DNA of 64,000 nucleotides from Chrysomallon squamiferum (taxonomy: Eukaryota; Animalia; Mollusca), in NCBI GenBank assembly GCA_012295275.1, contig CM022676.1:4898001-4962000 (forward strand). Reading direction: 5' to 3'. The notes under the pieces are model-generated. The model did no database searches and had not been told where the DNA came from. It saw only the letters and a list, made by a program, of their open reading frames with translations. Below, piece by piece: positions 27,948-40,810 of the stretch. Within the stretch, counting starts at the first letter, position 1; every line of letters starts with the position of its first letter. Made by a program: the position numbers and the translations under genes.

Positions 27948-30038
27948 GGGACAATTATAATTCAGTAGTTAGTTCAGTTGGATAATATATATATATATAT
28001 ATAAAATATTAACGGTCAAAAGAATAAAAACTCAGGAGGTTGTTTGTTTAACACAACAAATATATCAATCAATTTTCTTATGTTTTCGCTTTCAGCTAAT
28101 CAAAGGATGTCGTTTGTAACAATTTGGCTTTCTCTGTTGCTCGTGATTCTGTTCATGCGAAAAGCCTGAGATGAGTTTGCAGGTGTTTCTCTATCAAATG
28201 TGTACACCACTTCAACATTAACATAGTATATCTGTGCGAATGTAGTGCAGCTGTAAACAAAAATCCTACAACACATTGTTTTACACAATGTAAATGAACG
28301 TCTATTGTTTCTTTTAAGCTTTCAATTATAATACTGATGATGATAATAATAATGATGATGATGATGATGATAATAATGATAATAATAATGATGATGATGA
28401 TGATGATAATAATAATGAAAATGATGATGATGATGATAATAATATAAAAAGTCTAAAATTGAATCGAACTTAAACATAATCTCTAATGTGTGAAAATAAA
28501 ATATGTAGAAAGTATAAAGTATTTTGAATATTCTAATTGTTTAAGGAAATTTAACACCAAACTCTGCTAATAAAAAACAATGTCCAAGCAATGACTTTAA
28601 TGTTTAATTTTATCCTCTATGTAAATAAATAAAACAGTAATTTGGGACAAAAAAAAAAAAAAAAAAAGGCTATTTATTTGTATCAGTAACCATATTAATA
28701 TTAAACAAAATAAAACAATTCCTTTGAAATGGTCAGAAAATATATTATTTATTTATAATTCATTTATAGTTTGTCACCCTGGTACTTCTGTACATTTTAC
28801 CCTTCCTATATAGCAGTTTGTTTATTCTCCATATTATGAGACTGCAGTTTTTTAAAGATCTTGTAAGAGCAAATCTTCTTGATGGTATTTTCCATAAAAT
28901 ATCCAAGAGCTGATGACTGGCCTGTCAAAAACTGTGGTATGTAATGTCATGTCTACAAAAAAAAAAAAAAAAAAAAACTTCTGCCAACAAAAACTTTCAA
29001 GCATATCTGTTTGGAACAACTAAATCTGATGTGACAACCAACAATCAGCAATTAATCAATTTCTGCTAACAGTGTTATTAAATGTATAGTATTAATAATT
29101 CTTAATTAAGATGTTAACATATTTTGTGTACGTATCAGTTCTGAAAACGACCCCTGTTCTACAGTGAAACCTTGGTATACATTGCTAAACAAAATGTCAC
29201 TCATTCTGTCATAATATGCTGAGGTATGCATTATATGTGGGGCCAATAGACAGACATTTTGGTAGATTCAAGTGTAATTTAGCTTACCCATTGTGCTTGT
29301 ATCACACTTCTTCTCTGGATCTGACTACAGTTTATGTTTTCTTTTTCTCAAAACAGTGTTACATGACAAGACTATCAAAGGCCATGGTTATGCACACATA
29401 TATGTATGTTTGTCTGAGTGTGTGTGTATTTGTAATGTCTATGTATGTATATAATATATCTGTTCTGTGTATGTGTGCATCCTTGTAAATGCACATATAA
29501 AACTGCTCAAAATGGACTGCCCATTAAATCAGAAATCTCTCATATTTTGACATTTATCATTATTATGTTCACACACACACACACACACACACAATCTCTA
29601 TGAATGCATTTTAAAATCAGTCCTACAGACCTTGTGTATATGTTTGTGGGGGGCATATGAGTGCAAAAAGTTTTAATAAATTATTAAGTTATGACCAAAA
29701 ATGCTGTGTAATGTAAAGTCAACATTTTTCAAAACAGAAAATAAATAAATAAATAAAATGAGGAGGATAAAAAAAAGGCTTAACTGACAGGGAAAAGAAA
29801 TTATGAAGGTGAAAAAGGCTGACAAATCATTCAAAATATATTTCAGTAATATTTATCACTTAGGGTGACAAATTCTGATGCTTTATTATAATTTTCATAT
29901 GAGGTAACAAGGCCTACAATATAAATCTTTGTGCTTTTGTTTTCTTTGAAAAATTTGGAAATATTTTTAAATAATAAGCACAGAGGGTTTTTTGTTTTGT
30001 TTTTGATACCATAATTATAAATAACATTTCAATATGTA

Positions 30039-30091
<53 letters not shown>

Positions 30092-30295
30092 AGATAATGA
30101 TAATAAATAATAAAAAAATGAAAAAAAAACAAGAATAAAAAATCATAATACACTATAAAATAAACAACCACTATTGTGAACAGTAATTTATAAAACATTT
30201 TTTTATTAAATTCCATTTCTCAGTTTACAGTCGTCAACATGGTTACAGCTCTCTGCCATTATAAAAAGTTACATTGGCATACACACGTGTATGTA

Positions 30296-30341
<46 letters not shown>

Positions 30342-31747
30342 GCTGTGCAAAAAATGGACAGGGGGTGAAATAACAGATCTTAAAAGTAAAATTGTAATAA
30401 TATTGTAATCAGCATGTAAAATATAGTACGAAGCGGGTACGAGGAGGTATGAGGACAAAGTTAACAAAAAATGTTTCGACCTGGATTATTCTTGTGTAAA
30501 TGCATGCATAATAAACTGAAATTATAATGTTATAGCAGATTAATGTATTGACTTTTTCTAGATGGCCATGTTCCCTATGACAGAACCCATCAGAAAAGAG
30601 CATACAGGCTTAGTTTGAACCCATTGAACTGGAGAAATCTGGAGCCTCTTTTATATATATGTATATATTTTTGTTGTTGTTTGTTTGGAGCAGACGTAGT
30701 TTTATGACGTTAGAGTTATTGTTCCTGTTGGTCACTGCTAATTTTGAAATGCAAATGCATTTATTAGACCATACATTTATTTCAAATTGGCACCAGTACA
30801 CGTAAAGGTAAGTTTGTTTTCATGACAACAAAACTATATTAATTAATTTACTGTCGTCAGCTACTGGATGTCAGACAATAGTAATAATAATTATTTTTAA
30901 TTTAAAGAACAAACGCAAAAAAATGGAGTTTTATGCTGTTGCTGATTTATTATTATTATTATTATTATTATTCTGCTAACCATTGTTATTCATTATTTTT
31001 AGTAGCAGTATATTAGTAATAATTGTAATGGTGCTTGTAGTAACAGTTGTTATTTTTGTTCCCGTCTTAGTAGCAATAGTAGATCTCCCGATCATGATTT
31101 TAATTATTATTATTAATAGTAGTAGTAGTAGTAGTAGTAACAGTAGTAGTAATACTAGTAGTAGTACTAGTAGCAGTAATAGCAGTAGTAGTAGTAGTTG
31201 TGGTAATAGCTATATTAGCAGTTGTAGTAATAGTAACTATGGAATTATTAGTGCAACAGAAGCATTAAAGTAGTTATAGAGGTAGACGTAGGGATAGAAG
31301 TAGCAGCAGCCGTAGTAAATACTCCAGAGCGCCTATATATATGATCCATTATGTTGTTTTTACATACTTTTACTGACTTTTGAATGCTTGATTTATTCTC
31401 TGTCTCTAAGAACTGCATGAAGGAGAAAAAAAGGAAGTTGTATTTTTCAGTTTATTGCACAAAAGTTACCTCATATCGTGAAAAAAAACAACATCTAATT
31501 TGAATCAGAAGTGAAATGGGGTGAGCCGGCACCTTGATACGGATCTTGCATTGCAAATAAGGATCATATACTTTTTACTTTCACAGGTTTAACTCTATGA
31601 GTTTTCTTTCTACAAACACAGTACTTGAATACTTTTGTTTCTGAGCTAAATGATAATTCTTTTGATAAGATATCAATTTAATGGCATAAAATTATGATGT
31701 AAGTGATTAAAACTGGATTAAAATAATACTGGAACCAGTTAAGTATA

Positions 31748-32590
31748 GGGTCATTCCGTGTCAAATCACCCAATGGTTTAAACCCGACCGTCTCAGATTT
31801 TTATAAAACTTGGTATACTTGTTGACTGGGATCCCATAGCACCAAATCTGAAATTTTAGCTCAATCAGACCAGTGGTGTGGGAAATACGGCCTACCAAAT
31901 TTTGAGATTTTTGCCAAAAATGGGTGTGACCACCAAGCTTAGAACCCTCATATCTCAGGAACTACTGGGCCAATCTTCATAAAATTGGTATTGTTAGAAA
32001 GGCAAAATGACCTTTTGACCTTTGCTATGACCTTGAAATTGACCGTGTGGATCACGTGATCTAAGATGACCTTTATTGAAATTTAATCTCCCACATGTTA
32101 ACTAAAACATATGAAAGTTTCCTGGGTGTAATATTTTTTGTTTAGCCACAATATAGATTTAAAAAATGCACCTACATGAAAATAACACCTTTTCAGCCAT
32201 TAACATCTGATTAACTAAAACCTGAATGATCAATTCTGGATGCTAGGGATCACCATCTTTTTTGATCATCGAGTAAGACATTGTAGGCCTACATGTATGC
32301 ATAAAGTTCAAATAAATTGAGAGAACTAGGTGTTTCTGATGCTTAACCTTCTCACCATGTTTGTTTCAAATGCTCACTGTATCCTTCATTCCCAGACACA
32401 TTCTACTGTTCTCATCACTTTCATAAAATTGGATTATTTCCTCCTTCAATTCATAGTCCTTTCAGTGGTAAAGGGTGACAAAATCAAGATTTGCACATGC
32501 TCTGGTTAGGATTCAGACATTAAGATGTCATTTTAATGTTACTGTAGCTGATCCTAGTTTTATTCTGTCCTTTCATTCATTTACTGGAAT
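31748..32590 (-). mobile_element. Truncated DNA transposon remnant, probably Sola2-like, with degenerate transposase fragment
   Basis: Abrupt GC-richer segment starting GGGTCATTCCGTGTCAAATCACC (GRG terminus as in Sola2). Minus strand 32458-32300 reads YELKEEIIQFYESDENSRMCLGMKDTVSI*NKHGEKVKHQKHLVL then, after a frameshift, NLFELY, resembling the FY..DENSR.CPG.KD.VS...QKRL.L.NL.ELY motif I associate with Sola2 transposases. No second terminus seen; family call is from memory and the right boundary is approximate. Confidence 0.55.
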
Positions 32591-32821
32591 AAGTAATAGT
32601 AATAACACATATAATACTAACACTTGTAATAATAATAGTAGTAGTATTAGTATTGGTGTAATAGTAGTTACATATTTATTTTCATTCATAGCTTTTTCTA
32701 TTTTTAAATAATATTACTACTTGTAATATAACATTTTAAATTCTTGAAAGCAAAGACACACACACACACAGATAAACGTCGTAATTTTTATTTCTATATT
32801 TATTTTGTATCTTTAAAATCA

Positions 32822-33868
32822 CTATAAACAATCAAACTCTCTCAGAAATTTTTGCACTACTTCATAAGCATTGTACACATCCACTTGTAGTCCCTCAGTT
32901 GTAATCATATCTCGCTTTTCACTGAGCATTACTCTTACTGAAAAGTGATTTTGAAGATCAAGTATTTTCTTCATCTGAAAAAAACCCACAAAAAACAAAA
33001 TCAACCCTGGTTTTTACAAAGCAGCAAACCTGAAACAGAGTAAACAGTTCAACATGAGTCACTGTAAACATTGTGATGTAGATATATGTGTTCCCCATTA
33101 GACATTGTAAACATTGTGATGTAGATAATTAACTGTTCTCATTTTAAACATTGTGATGTAGATAATTAACTGTTCTCATTTTAAACGTTGTGATGTAGAT
33201 AATTAACTGTTCTCATTTTAAACATTGTGATGTAGATAATTAACTGTTCTCATTTTAAACGTTGTGATGTAGATAATTAACTGTTCTCATTTTAAACATT
33301 GTGATGTAGATAATTAACTGTTCTCATTTTAAACATTGTGATGTAGATAATTAACTGTTCTCATTTTAAACGTTGTGATGTAGATAATTAACTGTGCTCA
33401 TTTTAAACGTTGTGATGTAGATAATTAAACAAGTAAGTGTGGTGTAGACAGTTGTTATGATCATTTTGTCATTTACAAGAACATTCTTTTGGATGTTTCG
33501 TAGTTCTGTAATGATCAATAGTGTTTATTAAACAACTCAGTCAAATGGTGATGTGAAAACCTGGCTTGCAGCAAATTTCTTTTGTAACAGTTTTACTCTG
33601 CATGGTACATCATACCTGAACATTGTAAAAAACAAAAATATGAACTTGAATTTTCTATCAAGTTCCAATGAAAAATTCATCTGTGTTTTCTTCAAACGTT
33701 GTAAACTTTCATCTGCAACAACTTTCTTGATGATTTCTTTGGCACAGTAACTTTCAACTGCCTGAATGGATGCATCAATAGACAACAAGTTGTCAGAGAA
33801 GTGATGTAGTTGCATCTCAGAGCTGTTATCTTCTTTCTGTGGTTTCGAGAGAGTAACCAAGAGAGTTT
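32822..33868 (-). pseudogene. P3: remnant PARP14-like cassette (linker exon plus first third of KH-WWE exon)
   Basis: Exon 33868-33681 is homologous to P2, but its donor is mutated (CAG|ATGAAT instead of CAG|GTGAAG). Exon from 32974 reads MKKILDLQNHFSVRVM...LREFDCL* and homology ends near 32826. No WWE or catalytic exons follow. Confidence 0.8.
33062..33430. repeat. Intronic minisatellite, ~8 copies of 37-bp unit AAACATTGTGATGTAGATAATTAACTGTTCTCATTTT
   Basis: Period 37 read directly (e.g. 33146, 33183); preceded by one unit of the longer variant. Confidence 0.9.
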
Positions 33869-34949
33869 CTGAATAATTACTTAAACATTCATAATTTATT
33901 ATTACATTTTACACAAACTTCTGCTATTTTTAAATAATATTATTTCTTGAAAAAATAAACATTACCAACACCAGTTAGTGGTATAAAACTGTTAAGTAAT
34001 TTCAATTTAGATGCATTGACACAGTTACTGGGGGAAAAAAAGTAAATAATTTTTTACTAAGGATTAGGATTAGTACTATTTTCAGTGATTGCATCTGTAC
34101 AGTACCAAGTTCGCATTATTTGTCATCAGATCTAAAATGATGTTGTCATAATAACAGCTAGCTGTTTCTACTGACATCTTCAAGAAAATAACAAAAACAT
34201 GGTAATGAATGGCACTGTTGTACACAATGCTGTCAAATGTTATTCTTGGACAGCTCTTTTTCACTAAGCTTCCTTAAACTTGAATTTAGGAATTTTAAGA
34301 GGATTAGATTATTAACTATAAATTATCTACAAAATGTTAATGAAACATTTCTTTAGTAGTAATGGTAGTGAATGGATGCATAAGTTTTGAAACAGTTTTT
34401 TTTTTGACAAAAAGGTTTCATTCTTTTAATTAAAGTTAATGATGTTTTTCAGGAGTCATGATGTGTTTTGACCAGTGTTATCTAAACGACACCCAAAACT
34501 AAAAAACCAAGATTTGCAAGAAACAAAAATAAGCAAGACACAAGCTTTTGTAACCAAATAGGAATGTTAACTCCAATGTTGCAGGTCTTGTAAGTCAAAA
34601 CAGTTGTTCTCGTGTACATTATAATCTTGTTTCATATTTGATATTGGAATAAAACCTGTGGCTTGGCTGGAAGGAAATATAACCTCTACATGTAAACAGA
34701 AAAGTATTCAGCTTTACTTGAAAAATTACCTACCCGATACACTGTTAAGCTGTTTGAATAAAAGTATTAACCATAAGTTCACTCTATTTTCTGATCAAGT
34801 TGAATTACTTGAAAAAACCCCACTTAAAACAAAAACAACACAAAATAAAAATACATTTGACTGAATTTATGTTTTGGTTAAATAACAAAAGTTATTTAAT
34901 GTCTACTTGTTCCTTCACAATAAAGACATGATTGTCTTTAAACAGAGAA

Positions 34950-34987
<38 letters not shown>

Positions 34988-36480
34988 ATTTCATAAAATC
35001 CTTGCAGTTTTCATTAACTTTGTGTAAGAGATTATTCTAATAATTCAATATCAAAGGCAATAAATATACATTTGATAAATGCCAGATTTTGACAAAATGT
35101 CCAATGTATGGGATGACAATAGAATTTTTGTTTAATAATAATAATAATAATAAAATGGAAATACAACCGAAAGAATTACATCACACAGATACTTTTATTT
35201 ATTTTTTCTCATGTCAGTATTTATTTTTTGTTTTTTTAATTACTGTAGGCGTAACTCTTGGGATGAAATGATTAGATGTTCAGTTGTTAGCAAATTTATA
35301 TGGTAAATAATATATATATTCATATTTAATAATAATAATAATAATAATAATAATCAAAACAACAACAACAACAAATAAATAAACAACAATTCATGATCAG
35401 AGATAAAACTGTGAATTTTCTTGGAATTAATCATTATGTTTGGAGTTAAAATTTACAAGACAAAAACTCCTAGATTCTGAACTACACAGGACTGCCCAGG
35501 CTGGTTTCATTCTCGTGTCGGTAACATTACATGTTAATGAATTCAAAATAGCAGAATTTCATTGGCGGTCTTTTTCTCATGTCAGTGCCGTTTTCGAATC
35601 GGGTAGATGGATTTCCCGCCATGCATCTGCATCAGAGAACAGGCATACTCAGCTGCTTTACAGAATCTGGACCACAATTGCATTTGCAAATGGACAATGC
35701 AGTAGAAGTGTTAATGATTAACACTTTTCATTTGAGTGAGGGGCAATACAAAACAATACAAAATTTGTTTCATTATAATGATTTCACAGATTTGTGTTTC
35801 ATGTCCTATACTACCTATTTCATGACAGTGGTGATCGTGAGTATATCCAAACTAGCTCATTAATAGGACCGACTGTTCAGACAACAGGAACACCTTAACA
35901 AGGAGAAAAAATCTGAATTATAATTTCACTCTTTGATTGAAATTCTCAAACCATTGTCCCCCTTTCAAGAACGGAATAAATACTCTTTTCATTTTGTACT
36001 ATGGGATATTTTATAAGCATTTTTCCTTAAAAAAAACCCATAAGATTTTTAGTAAGTCAACTGTTGCTTACTGTTAAGATTGGGAAATACTCTGAAGGAA
36101 GCAACTAGGAGAACCGATCCTCTGTCCAGACTATACTGTGTTAATTATCTGCATTCATACAGTATTATGTTGTAGGTATATCAAAGTACAGGTGAATTTA
36201 AATATTTCCTACATACTTCCCAGTCATACCCATTCACTATTAATTCACAAACTGATAAACATAACAAGAACATTAATGCTGTTACTGTATTTATTTAATA
36301 AAACTACAACACAGTCAGTACAGGTGTGTGTATTAGTAGGTAACTCTGGATATTAATGTTAAATATCAACCAATAAAGTAAGTATATTAGTAAATGTCTG
36401 ATTGCTCAACATTTATTTAATTAAATATCATCAACTAACTTACAGAACAAAAAAAGTACTAAATTTAATATTTATTATGT

Positions 36481-37200
36481 CAGTGTCCGGCAACCATAAT
36501 TTTCGTGTATTGCCCGATTTTTTAAAACTGTAATGTTGAAGCACCCACCAAATTCACAATAGTTTTAGAATTAAATGATATTTACTGAATAAACGTTATT
36601 ATTCAATGAAGTTAAGGTTTTAAGTTTCTCGCATGATCTAAGACTCTACTGGTCAATGTATACTCTCTTGCATATTAAACACAGCCCACTTTATTAACAG
36701 TTAATGGTTTTCTTCTATTCTCGCTCTCTGTCTGTCTGTCTTCTGGGCCAGGGGTTTTCAAACTGTGGTCCGTGGACCACAGGGGGTCTGCAAGTACAAG
36801 ACAGAGGGTCCGTGGATAGCGAATACTTTTTATGGGCAGTTTGATTTTATATATGTTTTTTAATCGAAATCTTTTTTTCTTATATTTGTAAATGTGAGCG
36901 CATGAAATAACAGGTAAATAAATGTAAAAATATATGTTATTTTAAGCAAATATTTATTATAAATTTCATAAGCGTTTATAAGGGGGTCCCTAAGGTAAAG
37001 CCTGAAATATAAAGGGGTCCGCAAGTCAAAAAGTTTGAAAACCCCTGTTCTGGGCAAACTCAATGTCTGTGTCAGTTTTAGTTAAACAGTCAGTTGCTAA
37101 AAGTCACGGGTGTCAAGAAAATTCTTCCAGCGACACCCAACACACACCCATCTCCCCCAAACAGACCAAGCCCCCCAGTGATCCCTGGTTGCCACCACTG
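36481..37200. mobile_element. Older TIR element (CAG...CTG termini, hAT-like) containing a nested younger MITE
   Basis: Left end CAGTGTCCGGCAACCA and right end TGGTTGCCACCACTG are imperfect inverted repeats. Uninterrupted ~413-bp copy at 44826-45238. TSD degenerate. Confidence 0.45.
36749..37047. mobile_element. hAT (Charlie-like) MITE, 299 bp, recent insertion
   Basis: Perfect 16-bp TIRs CAGGGGTTTTCAAACT / AGTTTGAAAACCCCTG and 8-bp TSD TTCTGGGC (36741-36748, 37048-37055). The sister duplicate has a single TTCTGGGC (empty site) at 45086-45093. Confidence 0.95.
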
Positions 37201-37418
37201 ATTTATATTGTTACATGTTTCTTATTTTTATATAAATATGTAAAAAAGTTATAATTAGTAAATGTTAAAAATACTAACAGTCATCTCTTGTTTCTTACAA
37301 GTTAAACACATTTTACTGACTTTGCTACAAATACAAACAATGAGCTAGTTAAAACAGTTCCGGATACACATTTTGTTTATTGTTAGAGAAAAATATTCAT
37401 GCATGTGTATATTAATAG

Positions 37419-37461
<43 letters not shown>

Positions 37462-38762
37462 TTGTAAAATAAACAATTTAAATAGAAAGATTAAACCATA
37501 ATTTAATTACTTGTTACTGATTTTTTTTTTTTTTTAAAGTAATAATGCATTTATTATTATTTGTAACTTATATTAATTTTATGTATTTTATATCATAATA
37601 ATCATAAATAATCATAAAATTACAAAATTATTTTTCCAGATTAATTTATCAAAGTTGGTAAATGTATCTCAGTCTTTAAAAAAAGTATAATCATAACGTA
37701 CACAATGTAAATACCAGATTTATATATAAACATGTAATAAACAAACATAGAAATAACAATAAAAAATAATAGCTGATAAGCATTAATAATGCATAGTAAC
37801 TATTTCCAGTGCATACAAAAAAAAAAACCTTTTCTTTTTTTCTTTCTTTTTTTTTTTGAATTGAGAAATTAATAAAAATAGGAAAATTAAAAAGGTAAAC
37901 CTAAGCATACAGGAAAAGGCCACTTAGAACCAAGGTGTGGTGTTTTCACTGTGTATTTAATTATTATCTGGTTGTTGTTTTTCTTATATTGCAAAAGTTT
38001 GGTACATTTCTACCTGGTTGAAAACAGATATCCAGTTGATCATGTATAAAGATCTAAAAGCCAATGGGAGGAACACAAGTTCCTGAAAACGACACCTATT
38101 TAAAACACATGATTATATATCATTATTTTATAAACCTGTCAAAATATATAACGAACAATGAGTAATAAACAAGTTTTAAATAATAATAATAATAATAATA
38201 ATGAAATTTGTCCAGCAAAATTAGAAATAAATAAACATATAAAAAATAAACTTACACAACAAAATAAAATAAAAATAAATTAAATAATAATGTTATTAAT
38301 ATTATATTTTTCCACAAATTCACAGAAATAAAATTAATATTTCACAAAAATTCAAAATTTAATATTTCCAGTGATGTGACACCATTTTAGATGTCAATGA
38401 AAACCATTTTTATTTTACTTCAGTGTTGCACTAATTTGAAGTTTACTTCACTGTAGCAATGACTGTCTTTTTATCAAGTTTGAGAATTTCAAATCCAATT
38501 TATGATTATTATTATTATTATTATTAATCTTCTGAATATACTGATTTCACAGTTCAAAAAAAAAATCCAAACAAAATTATTGGTACTTATCTAAAGAGCA
38601 GTAATGATAAAATAAAATTTTGAAATAAATTCTTTTACAATTTGTTCACGTCTCAAAAAACAAAGCTGAAAAAGAAGAATGTATCTAAAACAAATTTTGA
38701 ATTAAAAAAAAAAAAAAAAAAAAAGCATTACTGGTTGAAAACACTTCATTTTATACAGCTAT

Positions 38763-40773
38763 TCAGAGAGTGAATGTTATGAGATAATCAGGGTATGCTT
38801 GAGTGTCATTGAAAATGACGTACAGTCCAGGGTTAGCAACATTATCAACAACAGAATCATACAAGAGAGTTTGATTTGATGATTTCACTGGTGGAACACG
38901 CATTCCTTGCTGTCCTTCAGTAAAATCACCAGTAAGAACTGAGGCGTAGTACATGTATTTATAACCTTGTGAATCTGGTTGTGACCATGTGTTATGTGCA
39001 GAAAAACTTGCATTAACAGCAAAATACACTCTATCTCCATATACTGTAGCTGAAAAAACATAAAAACAATCAGAAAATTATATATGTTCAAATTATTAAA
39101 ATATTATATCCTACATATATATTAACATGGTAATGTTCCAGTTATTTTAATAATTTAATGAGTGGCAACAAGTGATTTCTAAAGTTTATTTTAAAGAACC
39201 AGGCTAAAGTTTTGTCATTTCTTTTATTATTCTTTGTTACATAACAGTTTATTATTATATGCTATAATCATATTATAGTATTTGGCAGATGTTATTCTAC
39301 TTACCTTTTTTTCCACAGTAACCTCTGTTGAATCCATGGGTATTCAGAGAAACAATAGCATCAACACTTGTCCCAATCCACAGTTTTCTTTCTGCAGGTT
39401 GACTGCTTTGTTTAGTTATCTGCTCTTTCTTAGCTACATACTGCTGATATAGCGTTTTATTCTGTATTCTTTCAATCTGAAATGGCAAAACAGAAATACT
39501 TGATATCATAAGAAAGATTGTTATTATCTGAAAGTGTATTTAATTGTTAATTACATTTCTTATTAATGCATTTTACTTTTTCGAAGTTAGAAATCTATAA
39601 TTTATATGTTGTTTTATAATTCTGAAAGGACAGAGAGAAAAAACCTTAATTATTTTTGCTGTTCGTTGTTGAACTGAGTTTAAAAATTCCTGTGAAACAC
39701 TCTGATAATCAGCATCAGAAGTCTGCAGAGTGACCACTCTCAAGTCTTCATCTTCTCCCATTGGTGTCCAGTGACTTGGTACTTCAAAAGCAGAAACTGA
39801 TTTGGAAAGAAAAACAATTTTTACATTCTGAATTCACATTTTAATCTTTTTTTTTTTTTTTACCCCAGTTAATTGTTAATATATCAAAATGATTTATCTT
39901 TTAAGTGCAAGAATTTCTTTTTTGTTTAAATACCATTGAAAAAAAAAAAAAGTTTACATAAAAGAATTTAACAAGGTGAAATATAGCAGCCAAGTACTAG
40001 TTAAAACATAGACTGAAAGAGTTACTGATGTGAAAAAAATTATGCTGGTATTTATTTTATTTTATCATTGTAAATTTGATGTGATACAAATCACTGTGGC
40101 ATTCAGTTTTAGGATCATTCAAAGGTTCACATTATCTTATAACTGACCTAAAATAACAACTTGCAGGGTATTACATCAGATGGGTATTATTAATAATAAT
40201 AATAATAATAATCAGTAAATAAATAAATAAATGAACTGAACTTCAGTACCTTACATCTCAAGAACAAAACCGAAAAACCTACATTTTTTAACTTTCTAAA
40301 AATGGATATTGTCAATTACTGTCGAGAATGTCAAGTTAATATTGTAGTAGATTTTACCATCTTAACAGTGGAATCCTTCTCTTCCATGAAAACCATTTTG
40401 TGTAATATTTATCACATAGCTTTTTGCTTGTTGTTTTCCTATTCTTTTCCTAATATTTTGTTCAAGTCCCACTTGTTTTGTCTATATAGTATATACAGTT
40501 TTAATTTAAGAAAGTTGAAAAATCTTGTTTTGGAGATATGAGGTGGGTTTGATTTTTGTTAGTGTTTTCTTTTTTTTCTTTTTATCCTTTTATTTTTATA
40601 TATATATATATATATATTTTATTTATTTATTAATTGTTTTTCTTTTTGCCTATGTAATGTATATTGGGTATAACAGAAAAGTAAACAAATTAAAACCTAC
40701 AAAACAGTAATTTAAAAAAAAAAAATGACTTTATTCATTGAGTGCTGATAAACATTTTACATATAAATATTAA

Positions 40774-40810
<37 letters not shown>

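Noticed and set aside
35440-35863. 93-aa and 94-aa + strand ORFs duplicated at 43785-44139
   Set aside because: Conservation only reflects the recent duplication. One ORF is truncated in the second copy, starts are non-ATG and no motif is recognisable; possibly an old repeat remnant.
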